From assembly GCA_009995545.1 (NCBI GenBank), contig JAACPI010000005.1:28244-92243 (forward strand): a DNA stretch of 64,000 nt, in the 5' to 3' direction. How positions within the stretch are numbered: the stretch's first letter is position 1; every line of letters starts with the position of its first letter. This DNA comes from a bacterium. Its GTDB lineage: Bacteria > Patescibacteriota > WWE3 > 2-01-FULL-39-13 > JAACPI01. The notes below the pieces were generated by a model. The model was not told the DNA's origin and searched no databases. It was given only the letters and a program-made list of their open reading frames with translations. Positions 1 to 8,216 of this stretch are shown piece by piece. A program made the translations under genes and the position numbers.

Positions 1-32
1 CTTTTTGTTGCATATAAGTTTACTGTTATTTT

Positions 33-281
33 TTACCCTAAATCTTCTGACTGATTTATAAATTTACAAAATCTGCTGTCAACAGCATCTTCGTATATAA
101 ATTTTAAGTTTTTATCTTTAAAGGTATTAAAAAACATTGCCCAGGTGATTTTTTCTAAACTATCATCTATAGCATCAAATTTTACCCTTAACAAATCAGG
201 GGTTCCTTTTACAACAGCCGGGACACCCCCTCTTTGTTTAACCCAATTTTCTATTAATTTTATGTTTGTTGTTTCTTCCAT
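33..281 (-). CDS. conserved small hypothetical protein
   Basis: 82 aa; W..RGG.PA.VKGT and I.W..FF..F....L.F.Y...SRF.KF pattern of a widespread small uncharacterised family; last gene of a minus-strand run. Confidence 0.75.
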   Translation of the reverse strand: MEETTNIKLIENWVKQRGGVPAVVKGTPDLLRVKFDAIDDSLEKITWAMFFNTFKDKNLKFIYEDAVDSRFCKFINQSEDLG

Positions 282-285
282 AAAA

Positions 286-531
286 TTATCTTACAAATAT
301 GTTACTAATAAAAAGCACTAACAGGGAACCTGCTACAGCCACAACAAATGACATGACATTAAATCCAGTTACACCTACTCCAAAAAATCTTTGCCCTAAA
401 TACCCACCCACTATAGCACCTAAAATTCCTAAAATAATTGAACCCACAATACCACCTAAAGAGCTGGGGGAAATAAAATTTGCAATAGTCCCTGCAAATA
501 AACCAAAAATTATCCAATATAAAATGCTCAT
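286..531 (-). CDS. GlsB/YeaQ/YmgE family (transglycosylase-associated) stress membrane protein
   Basis: WIIFGLFAG.IA, IILGILGAIVGG, SFVVAVAGSLLVL; three Gly-rich TM helices. Confidence 0.9.
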   Translation of the reverse strand: MSILYWIIFGLFAGTIANFISPSSLGGIVGSIILGILGAIVGGYLGQRFFGVGVTGFNVMSFVVAVAGSLLVLFISNIFVR

Positions 532-555
532 AGTAATTTACTTTAAATTTAATAT

Positions 556-951
556 TTACGAACTTAGCTTTTCTTTTGACAGAACCCTTACTAACTTAAC
601 TAGACCAAAGGCTATAACTACATAAACAATAATCGCTACAAATGTAGAAGGCTCAAAAACCGAAGTTGTTTCTACCCCAGGTGCAAAACCGTTTCTAAAC
701 ATTCCCTGAAAAGGAAAAGTAAAGATTCCGGTTAAAGCATAAATTAACTTTACAAAAGCACTGCCCATACTAGCCCCTGTAAGTTTTAGAATTAACCTAA
801 AAGCTAATAACACCTCTAAAACGCCAAACACATAATAAATTATATATTCAGCAGTTTGGTAACTACTCGCTTCTATCTTTTTAGGATTATCAATAACCAC
901 CTGGGTAGTCGCATCATCGCTAATTACCGTTTCTTTTATAATTTGCTCCAT
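556..951 (-). CDS. YggT-like membrane protein
   Basis: EVLLAFRLILKLTGA...FVKLIYALT..FTFPF.GMF pattern; TM helices. Confidence 0.75.
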   Translation of the reverse strand: MEQIIKETVISDDATTQVVIDNPKKIEASSYQTAEYIIYYVFGVLEVLLAFRLILKLTGASMGSAFVKLIYALTGIFTFPFQGMFRNGFAPGVETTSVFEPSTFVAIIVYVVIAFGLVKLVRVLSKEKLSS

Positions 952-999
952 ATTTATACCATTCCATTTCTTAAAAATTAATTAACTGATTATAGTTGT

Positions 1000-1236
1000 T
1001 TACTCTGTGGGAGTCACCTGTACATCTACCTTATCAGGAAGGGTTACAGGAACACTTATCTGAGGGGCTTGAACATTTACCTCAGAGGGGACATTATTTT
1101 TAATTGCGGGTATACCAAAGAAAATAAGAAGTAAAACAAGTACAATAACAAGCGCAGCACCAATCAAAAAACCAGCACCACCATTACTACTTGACGGGGG
1201 GTTAGAGTTATTTACTACTGTCGACATATCTTTCAC
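1000..1236 (-). CDS. small single-pass membrane protein
   Basis: one hydrophobic helix then Pro/Val-rich tail; co-oriented with neighbours. Confidence 0.7.
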   Translation of the reverse strand: MKDMSTVVNNSNPPSSSNGGAGFLIGAALVIVLVLLLIFFGIPAIKNNVPSEVNVQAPQISVPVTLPDKVDVQVTPTE

Positions 1237-1287
1237 CCTCTTTCATCAATCAAAATTATTACAAACGTTCTTCAACCAAATACTTTT

Positions 1288-1491
1288 TTAAAGCTCAACT
1301 TTTTTTATTATCGTCTGTTTTGGTAAGTAAGCTAATAACGCTTTTCTTACTAAAACTGTTAAACTTGTTTCTTCTAAGACAGCCTGGGCTCTAGCATGCT
1401 TAATGAGCAGGGGGTCCATAAAAAGAGTAAGTCTTTTTTTTACCTTAGTTTTATTTTGGACAAGTTGTATTTCCTTATCTTTAGTTAACAT
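1288..1491 (-). CDS. small ribbon-helix-helix (CopG/Arc-like) DNA-binding protein
   Basis: KKRLTLFMDPLLIKHARAQAVLEETSLTVLVRKALLAYL = beta strand + two helices; start moved to ATG 1491, 7 nt after a -10 box. Confidence 0.7.
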   Translation of the reverse strand: MLTKDKEIQLVQNKTKVKKRLTLFMDPLLIKHARAQAVLEETSLTVLVRKALLAYLPKQTIIKKVEL

Positions 1492-1527
1492 ACTACACAT
1501 ACTACAACTATTTGTACTACTTGTCTA
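1489..1527 (-). promoter_or_regulatory. sigma70 leaderless promoter with GTAGTA direct repeats (candidate RHH operator)
   Basis: minus strand TAGACA-17nt-TAGTAT-7nt-ATG; GTAGTA occurs three times; CATACTACA tandem at 1489-1506. Confidence 0.5.
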
Positions 1528-1556
1528 ACATTAACTATTCGATGTATAATATTTAA

Positions 1557-1904
1557 ATGCTTATACTTATACTTTTTTTGGTAGTTGGGGGATTTATGGT
1601 TTACCTTGCACAAGACAATTTATCTTTAGTGACTATGCATTTGGGTACCTATGTTTTTGCAGATGTTCCTCTTTTTTATGTAATAATTGGGTCTCTGTTA
1701 GCCGGCCTATGCTTGGCCTATTTTGTTTACCTTATAAACTCAATCTTCACTGCATTAACAATGCGAGGGAAGGATCACAAAATTAAAGAGACCAAAAGTG
1801 AGATAGTAGATTTAACCAAACGAATTCACCAGCTGGAAATACAAAATGAAAAACTTAAAAATAACTCCACCGTTCCCGAAAATGTAGACGAAAACGCGTT
1901 ATGA
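1557..1904 (+). CDS. LapA family (DUF1049-like) membrane protein
   Basis: two TM helices with Q.N...V.....Y....VPL..VI, then coiled coil; TATAAT 6 nt before ATG. Confidence 0.8.
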   Translation: MLILILFLVVGGFMVYLAQDNLSLVTMHLGTYVFADVPLFYVIIGSLLAGLCLAYFVYLINSIFTALTMRGKDHKIKETKSEIVDLTKRIHQLEIQNEKLKNNSTVPENVDENAL

Positions 1905-2371
1905 AATCATTTTTAGCTAAAATCTGGAAGTTATTAAACTTGCCAAAAGGGACGCAGCTTTTTATTATGCGTATACTTCAAAACCAATTTTTAGTGGGTG
2001 TTACAGGAGTTATTTTTAATCAAAAAGACGAAGTACTTCTTTTTAAACACACTTATAGAGGACATGCGTGGAGTTTACCTGGTGGGTATATGAAAGCAGG
2101 GGAACACCCTGCGGAAGCATTAGAACGAGAGATAAAAGAAGAATCAGGCTTTGTGATTAGCGCGGATGAGGAACTCAAAACCCGCACAGACCGAGACAGT
2201 TCCAGATTAGATATTTGTTACACAGGGGTATTTATTGGCGGTGACTTTACTGCAACTAAAGAAGTTTCCGAATACGGATTTTTTTCACAAGACACACTAC
2301 CCTTACTTAGAAGTAACCAAGTTTTTTTAATTGAAAAAGCACTACAGAAAAAAAGAAACTTTGAAAAATGA
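1901..2371 (+). CDS. NUDIX hydrolase
   Basis: Nudix box WSLPGGYMKAGEHPAEALEREIKEESG; ATGA overlap with upstream gene. Confidence 0.92.
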   Translation: MKSFLAKIWKLLNLPKGTQLFIMRILQNQFLVGVTGVIFNQKDEVLLFKHTYRGHAWSLPGGYMKAGEHPAEALEREIKEESGFVISADEELKTRTDRDSSRLDICYTGVFIGGDFTATKEVSEYGFFSQDTLPLLRSNQVFLIEKALQKKRNFEK

Positions 2372-2407
2372 AACACTTATTTAATTTTAATTGGGTAGAC
2401 TAAGGCA

Positions 2408-2728
2408 ATGGCTATAATTACATTTTTGAGACAATTTCGTGTCGGTGAGTACGCCCTATTTGATATTGCGGTGTCATTTTTAGGAGTTTATTTGATTGCA
2501 CCATTACTATCAAAAATACTTCTCAAATTTGGCCTAAACGTGCTTAAAATTAGCTGGATGTTTTTAACACTGCCACTTAGTATTGCCACACATTTACTTG
2601 TAGGAGCCCTTACCCCTATGACTATTAACTTTATAGATCTTAAAGGTCATTATGTTTTAAAAGTATTCATCTTAAGTTTACTATTCTTGGGAATTAACCA
2701 GATATCTGCCACACAGAAGAAGAAATAA
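2408..2728 (+). CDS. hypothetical membrane protein
   Basis: 106 aa, three hydrophobic segments. Confidence 0.7.
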   Translation: MAIITFLRQFRVGEYALFDIAVSFLGVYLIAPLLSKILLKFGLNVLKISWMFLTLPLSIATHLLVGALTPMTINFIDLKGHYVLKVFILSLLFLGINQISATQKKK

Positions 2729-2880
2729 ATAAAGGTTTGTTTGTATAATTTAAGAGACTCTCTAGGATCAGCACAGTAGAGAACATTAGAACTATTTTAA
2801 GTCAGATAACTCCTGACAGAATCAAAAAGCACGGCAACTTTGAATACCAATAGTAATTTACGAGGGTATAATTGCAGTAT

Positions 2881-3198
2881 ATGGATCCATAGCAACCAAC
2901 CCCTGTTGAAGAAGAGATTATTAGGGGCGGAGGAGCACCAGGATATTTAAGAAACTTCCATATGAGAATGCCCGACGAAATCTTACCTCTGGAAGAGGAT
3001 TTGATGTCGTCATTTTCAGCTAGACAGGCAAAAATTATTAATTGGTTAGACAAAAGGCCAGAAAAAGGAGCAGGGGACGAAATGAGTGAACTACGAGCAA
3101 AAAAAAACAACCCCAGGTTCCTTGGTTCATTATTATTTCAAACTGACCCAAGCAGTATAACCACCTTCAACCCATCTAGCACTAGCTTCGAGTTCTGA
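2881..3198 (+). pseudogene. probable pseudogene with nonsense codon at codon 4
   Basis: TATAAT 2867-2872 precedes ATG 2881; ATG GAT CCA TAG, then open frame continuous with ORF 2962-3198; A9 run near 3099. Confidence 0.4.
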
Positions 3199-3324
3199 CC
3201 CAACTCATTTAATTTTTTGGCGCCATACCTCCCCGCCACACTCCAATTACACGGGAAAAATGCTTTTGTTATGGTTACAGCTTAAATCAGAGAGGAATGG
3301 GTAAGGTACAACCTGAATAAGAGT

Positions 3325-3678
3325 TTATGCGATTGGTGTAACGCCAATAGCGTAAACTCCATATTTAGGAAGATTTTCTCTGTATCCAGTAATAGAATTA
3401 TAGCTTTCTATTCCTTGTTCTATCGTCCCACCACTAGATAATACGTTTTTTACCCCTTCTGTTTCGAGCATGGATTGGGTATTTGGATAATGACGTACAA
3501 AAGTAACTGAAACCTCCATCCTTTCGCCCGTGTCTTCGTTTATGATTAGTACAGTGTCTCCTTGTTTCATTTTTTGGTATATATTGGGTATTTCCCTAGG
3601 AACCACCCCTTCAATTTTTTTAGTACCTCTTTTTATAGCGTCAAAAGGTCTATTAGGGAGACTAAGCGAGTATCGCAT
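3325..3678 (-). CDS. ASCH/PUA-like domain protein
   Basis: PFDAIKRGTKKIEG, MKQGDTV, VRHYP, YGVYAIGV; TATAAT 6 nt before ATG. Confidence 0.85.
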   Translation of the reverse strand: MRYSLSLPNRPFDAIKRGTKKIEGVVPREIPNIYQKMKQGDTVLIINEDTGERMEVSVTFVRHYPNTQSMLETEGVKNVLSSGGTIEQGIESYNSITGYRENLPKYGVYAIGVTPIA

Positions 3679-3721
3679 GCCAAAATTATATCAGTAATTG
3701 TTATAAGGTGCACACTAAGCT

Positions 3722-4014
3722 CCCTTAAAGCGTATTAATAAAGGTGTACTTGACAGGCACCATCAACAGTTTAAGGACAAACTAACAGAAATTGAAGCTA
3801 GCATCTCGTTGTTACAGAATGCAGAAGACAGTTAATCAACTTAGCACTATCGCGCCTAGGAATAGAAGGAGATAAATTATGCTACGAAGCGGTTAAACCA
3901 TTTGATACTATACTGTCACCCGCCGATACTAATCTGTGGCTTTACATAGCAGAGATGTTAGAAGTTGTTTATTGTAGCAAAAAGATTATTCAACCATGCT
4001 CATTTACTCTATAA
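3722..4014 (+). pseudogene. decayed C-terminal fragment of a large serine recombinase
   Basis: two frames give RINKGVLDRHHQQFKDKLTEIEASISLLQNAEDS* and INLALSRLGIEGDKLCYEAVKPFDTILSPADTNLWL, recalling the coiled-coil and KPFD..L....W tail of such recombinases. Confidence 0.55.
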
Positions 4015-4037
4015 CTACTGTTTAATACAATAAGACT

Positions 4038-4697
4038 ATGAAAAAAGCTATCTCAATTTTTCTAATACTTGGTCTAGTAGCTGTTGGTTATTTGGTATAT
4101 TCATCAGCCAATAAGCGGAGTAAGGATTCTGTTATGGATCAATCAGTTGAGGTTACTCCGAGTAATCTTATAAACACAGAAAATAAAAGCAACGAGGGGA
4201 AACCTAGCCGAGCTGAAGAAATCCCAGATGGTTGGAAGATACTTACTAACAAAGACCACTCAATAAAGTATCCTAGCGAAGCTACTGCTGAGGCAAGAGA
4301 AGAAGAGTCCCTAATTTATTATATGGGTCAAAAACAGATCGATTCTGGAAGAACTCAAACAGAGCTTTTTGATGGCTATTCATTTAGAGTAGGGAAAATC
4401 AGGAATGTTACAACTAATGACCTAAAACAACTTGCGCTAAGTGAGAGAAATAATACTATGGAGAACTGTAACAATGAGGATGGGGTAGTTTCAGATTTAT
4501 TACCAGTAAAAGTCGGGGGTCAAGGTGGTTTTCAGTATTCAGCAAAAGGTTGTTATATTGACTATACAGAAACTATTGTTGGTTTTGATGGAAACTTTTA
4601 TCGTATATCCCAATCTTATGTTGGGGATAATGAAGATTATGCTGGATATAAAGAGACCACTAATATGATTTTAGCCACTTTAGAATTTTTCAATTAG
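4038..4697 (+). CDS. membrane-anchored/secreted protein, PsbP/DcrB-like fold
   Basis: N-terminal TM; GWK......SIKYPS and MILATLEF C-terminus typical of CPR PsbP-like proteins. Confidence 0.75.
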   Translation: MKKAISIFLILGLVAVGYLVYSSANKRSKDSVMDQSVEVTPSNLINTENKSNEGKPSRAEEIPDGWKILTNKDHSIKYPSEATAEAREEESLIYYMGQKQIDSGRTQTELFDGYSFRVGKIRNVTTNDLKQLALSERNNTMENCNNEDGVVSDLLPVKVGGQGGFQYSAKGCYIDYTETIVGFDGNFYRISQSYVGDNEDYAGYKETTNMILATLEFFN

Positions 4698-4743
4698 AGT
4701 TATTTGGCTCCCCCGGATTGACGCATTCGTGAACCGAGAAATA

Positions 4744-4756
4744 GGGGGGGGGGGGG
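4744..4756. repeat. G13 homopolymer
   Basis: 13 consecutive G in AT-rich intergenic DNA. Confidence 0.9.
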
Positions 4757-4789
4757 ACTTTAATTTGCTTATTATGCACTAAAAAGGTG

Positions 4790-5299
4790 CTATTTTGCTA
4801 ATTCTGTAGCTTGTTTTAATACCTGCTCCCTATTATCTTTTGTAACTTCCAATACCGTTACATCCTCTCTTCTTAATATTTCCTTAGTAAAGGAGTCCTC
4901 ATAAATCTTTGATATTGTCCCAAGAAAGGGGAGTCCACTATTCAAGTAGTTTTGCACAAAATCTTTAAACTTTCCGGAAAACAATTGCATTTGTCCGATT
5001 TCGTCAATATATAATAAATCGTTATCTGAATATTCTAAAAGTGACGGTAGCAAAGCATCCATTCCTTTCACTTCCACAAAATATCGGGACACCTTTAGGG
5101 GAGAAGTGTCAAAGTGAGTGCTCGCAATAATTGCTTCTTGCACTTTTGAAGTAACAATTTTAAAACCAGTTCGCTCACCCTTTTCTAAAATTTCTTCTGT
5201 AATAAATCCTGTCTTATTTGAAATATTATTCAATACTTTTCTTAGGATTGTTGTTTTACCACTACGAGGCAGGCCAGTTAATAAAATCTTCTTGTTCAT
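4790..5299 (-). CDS. nucleoside-triphosphatase, THEP1/NTPase_1 family
   Basis: LTGLPRSGKTT, GFITEEI..G.RTGF, YIDEIGQMQLFS. Confidence 0.92.
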   Translation of the reverse strand: MNKKILLTGLPRSGKTTILRKVLNNISNKTGFITEEILEKGERTGFKIVTSKVQEAIIASTHFDTSPLKVSRYFVEVKGMDALLPSLLEYSDNDLLYIDEIGQMQLFSGKFKDFVQNYLNSGLPFLGTISKIYEDSFTKEILRREDVTVLEVTKDNREQVLKQATELAK

Positions 5300-5456
5300 G
5301 TTGTTATTATAACAACCCTTCCCGGACTTCCCATAGTGGATCTATTTAGTAGCCAAAAAGTAGAATGGGATTTTAGTTTGTAAAGCATAGAAACAGTTTT
5401 TAGCGAAAGGATTATATATTCTGTTAAAGAATTCTAGATAATACTAAGAAATTTTA

Positions 5457-5518
5457 AGAGACGCACGAACACAACTTTTCTGCTTTTGCAGTTAAGTTGT
5501 GCTCGTGCACTCGTCTCT
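5457..5518. other. long imperfect stem-loop directly after the EAD1 ORF stop (terminator or recombination-site candidate)
   Basis: AGAGACG/CGTCTCT, GCACGA/TCGTGC, CACAACTT/AAGTTGTG, TGC-TTTT-GCA. Confidence 0.6.
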
Positions 5519-6106
5519 CTAGATGTACGTTACGTTCCCGCCAAAGTTTCCTCCCGTGTGGTCAAAACTCTTACAGAAAACATTTCCGTTTACGTTCCCA
5601 CCAGTGATGCGAACTTCGTTTGCATTTCTGATGTTTCCGTTTACGTTCCCGCCGGATATCCAGACATTCTTGCCTTGGGCATCAATGTCGCTGTTGCGCA
5701 TACCACTCGTGATACGAAGGGTACCTGCAGATCCAGAGGGACTCACATTTTGCACAACCTGGGTGGTTACGGTTTGATAGGTGTGCGCGACTGTGCCACG
5801 TACGGGGGTTTCAGCAGCTCTTCTGGTGGGACTTATCTCAAGCTCAATAAGAGCTACTTGTCCACCAGGATTTGCTGTTGCCATAGCCCGAAGAAAATCT
5901 CTAAGTCTCCCTGTTTTTTCTGACCAGTCAATCAGGTGAAAAATCACCTCTGAAAGCTCTTGGCTGCCAGACAGGGATTCCAATTCCTCATTCATTAGTC
6001 TTAAAACCTGCGAAAGGTGTTGTCTGCTAACAAAACTAGCCATAATCACCTTTTGGAGCTTAAGAGCCGAGGCCAGAACCAGGTTATTCTCACTCTCAAG
6101 GAGCAA
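5519..6106 (-). CDS. EAD1 (effector-associated domain 1) + C-terminal GGNVNGN beta-helix repeats; probably the 3' part of a frameshifted gene
   Basis: LQKVIMASF..RQHLSQVL....L.EVIFHLIDWSEKTGRLRDFLRAMATANPG matches the EAD1 pattern; weak TTG start and frame open upstream to 6178. Confidence 0.7.
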   Translation of the reverse strand: MLLESENNLVLASALKLQKVIMASFVSRQHLSQVLRLMNEELESLSGSQELSEVIFHLIDWSEKTGRLRDFLRAMATANPGGQVALIELEISPTRRAAETPVRGTVAHTYQTVTTQVVQNVSPSGSAGTLRITSGMRNSDIDAQGKNVWISGGNVNGNIRNANEVRITGGNVNGNVFCKSFDHTGGNFGGNVTYI

Positions 6107-6137
6107 GATGATGGGATCGCCGACCGCAGGTGCCTGA

Positions 6138-6725
6138 CTACTGACGAAAGGTAGCGCCCTGAGGCTGACCTCCCTTCTCTATTTCGTCATCGAGCTGTTC
6201 CAGACGTACCGCATCCTCCTTGATCGCAGACAACTCCGTGTCCATCAAGGGTGGCTGAATTCCACGCATTCGAAGCTGCGCCAGACGACGAAGGTCCGTC
6301 TTGTCTTCTCCAATCTTGCGAGAACACTTAACGCATCTTCGCGCTCCGTACACAGCCTGTTTTGTGGAGCAGTAAGGACAAGATACTTCTTCGTAAAGCC
6401 TTTTGTCACAGTGCCCACACCTGTTGGCCGCTTTCATTTGCCCAGTCAACAACCCTTGACAGTGAGGACACTGATTCTCGGGGTCACTAACGGTCACTTG
6501 AATGGGGCTTCCATCAGCTTTCTCTGTTGCAAGAGGCTTCGGGCCATAGGTGTCCGCAAGCTTGCGGGCACTGCCTGCCTTGATCTTCATTGCAACATAT
6601 TGGTCGTAAGTAAAACCTGCCAAGTCGTCCTCGGAGGAAAGTTCTTCCTCTTTAAGAATTTCAATCGCAGCCGCACTTACGCCAAGATCTTCGAGCACTT
6701 TCTGAAATGGGGGCTTTGTAGCCAT
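6138..6725 (-). CDS. SAM-like domain + double zinc ribbon protein
   Basis: VLEDLGV....EILKEEEL....L...T......KIKAGSARKL (SAM-like); CPHC, CGHC, CPYC, CVKC; AAAGGAAG SD upstream. Confidence 0.75.
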   Translation of the reverse strand: MATKPPFQKVLEDLGVSAAAIEILKEEELSSEDDLAGFTYDQYVAMKIKAGSARKLADTYGPKPLATEKADGSPIQVTVSDPENQCPHCQGLLTGQMKAANRCGHCDKRLYEEVSCPYCSTKQAVYGARRCVKCSRKIGEDKTDLRRLAQLRMRGIQPPLMDTELSAIKEDAVRLEQLDDEIEKGGQPQGATFRQ

Positions 6726-6751
6726 GCTGCTACTTCCTTTCGGGGTGAATG

Positions 6752-6887
6752 AAAAAAAATGTAGAGAGACGATTCGATTACAACCCTTATATAGCGGTTA
6801 TATCCGAATTACTCTCTACAAGTTATTAGGTTTTAAAAGTGCATAAATAATACACAGGATTATAGTAAATTTGACGGAAAATGTAAA
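6752..6887 (-). promoter_or_regulatory. promoter plus leader with boxA-like motif and terminator hairpin
   Basis: TTTACA-17nt-TATAAT (6887-6859); GCACTTTTAAAACCTAATA (6842-6824); hairpin TGTAGAGAG/CTCTCTACA (6760-6820) followed by U8. Confidence 0.55.
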
Positions 6888-6957
6888 GACTATGGGACTA
6901 AAGGTTTGCGAAGTTAGATAAGACAGCCTTCACTGCATTTTTGAAAGAGTAAATTTA

Positions 6958-7032
6958 TGGCTCCGCGGGGAGGACTCGAACCTCCAACCTTAAAGTTAAC
7001 AGCTTTCTGCTCCACCATTGAGCTACCGCGGA
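6958..7032 (-). tRNA. tRNA-Asn(GTT)
   Basis: TCCGCGG/CCGCGGA acceptor, D arm GCTC/GAGC, anticodon loop CT-GTT-AA, T arm GGAGG-TTCGAGT-CCTCC, encoded CCA. Confidence 0.97.
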
Positions 7033-7088
7033 ATAAGAACAAAAGAATACTATAACATTAATGGCTAAAATTCAATTGTTAACCTTTA

Positions 7089-8159
7089 CTAAAAGCTAAA
7101 AAAGTCTAAAAGTTTAGAAGCTAAAGAGGAACTAGTCGAAGAAATAACTTCACCAGTTTGAGCATCTAAATTTATTTGTTCGGCGACACTGACTCTAAAT
7201 AACCCCAACAGTTTTTCAATTTTTGTCCCTCTAACTTTGTACTCTAATTTAGAAACGGCTCCGTTTTCGTCGCCTGCACCAAGAACATCGATCTCCATAG
7301 AATCAACAGTAAACAGCTCTCTGTTAACATTTACTTTTTCTAAAATACTGTCTGGCATCGTTTTTAATAAAACCTGTCCTGAAGGAGTATCTACATAAAT
7401 ATCCCCTGTAACCTCATCTATTAAAATTGGGAAGTTGATGTGGGCGAGAGACCCCTTAGATTTGAGCTCGAAACCGTCACCCCGGCTTTCTATTTCTACC
7501 TCTTCTTCTTTTCCCTCAACCTCCCCTTCTTTTTCGACCTTTCTTGTAACGACCAAACTTCCATCTTCAGGGTTATATTTTAACCTACCTTCTTCGTCCC
7601 CAGACTTAACTTTTAAGTCTATTTTCCTACCCTCTTTTGTCGATAAAGATAGCTCAGAAAGCCTACTTCCCAAGTTTAACTTTTTTATAGAGCCAGAAAT
7701 ACTTTCGTTTGAACTTTCATTCTCGCTCTCTAATTTAACCTCGTCACTATTACTTTCTATTTTGGTCTCATTAATTTTAGTACCAAAGCTGTTGTATGTT
7801 TTAATTTCAACTTTTTCTTCGTCCCCGTTTATCTCTCTTTTTATTCTGGTTTGGCTACCGTCTGAATTTTTAATTGTTTCCTCAGTTTTAATTTCTTCCT
7901 TTTCTTTTTCATCTTCTTTTTCTCCATCTTTATCTTCTGTTTCTTTCTTTTCTTCCTCCTTTTTATCATCGTCCTTCTCTTCTTTTTCATCCTCTCTGTC
8001 CTCCTTCTCCCCCTCATCCTTGCTGTCATCTCCCAAAACAGACCCACGATTGAACCAACTAGAAAAAGAGAATGCCGTAACTAAGTGATTTGGGTATATC
8101 AAAAAAGCAGAAATTAGGAATACAAAAGAAATTATAGGTAGTGTTACTTTTTTAAGCAT
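7089..8159 (-). CDS. secreted hypothetical protein with E/K/D-rich low-complexity region and PepSY-like C-terminus
   Basis: signal peptide; charged tract; YKV.G....KLLGLF.......LDAQTGEVI. Confidence 0.8.
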   Translation of the reverse strand: MLKKVTLPIISFVFLISAFLIYPNHLVTAFSFSSWFNRGSVLGDDSKDEGEKEDREDEKEEKDDDKKEEEKKETEDKDGEKEDEKEKEEIKTEETIKNSDGSQTRIKREINGDEEKVEIKTYNSFGTKINETKIESNSDEVKLESENESSNESISGSIKKLNLGSRLSELSLSTKEGRKIDLKVKSGDEEGRLKYNPEDGSLVVTRKVEKEGEVEGKEEEVEIESRGDGFELKSKGSLAHINFPILIDEVTGDIYVDTPSGQVLLKTMPDSILEKVNVNRELFTVDSMEIDVLGAGDENGAVSKLEYKVRGTKIEKLLGLFRVSVAEQINLDAQTGEVISSTSSSLASKLLDFFSF

Positions 8160-8216
8160 TAAAACAACTGTATAAGTATAATGTTAAGCAGTCAAGGAAG
8201 CATAAAAGTTTTAGTA

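Noticed and set aside
299-625. + strand ORF, representative of many antisense ORFs (e.g. 5486, 7435, 11875, 12346, 16581, 23323, 35040, 58072, 59326, 60750, 61318)
   Set aside because: shadows of well-supported genes on the opposite strand; no motifs
2802-3110. 102-aa minus-strand ORF
   Set aside because: antisense to the + frame that has a promoter; no family features
6978-7010. G:A mismatch at the top of the tRNA-Asn anticodon stem
   Set aside because: tolerated position; rest of the cloverleaf is intact, so not a pseudo-tRNA
7841-8047. highly basic 68-aa ORF
   Set aside because: alternate frame of the purine-rich E/K/D tract of 7089-8159
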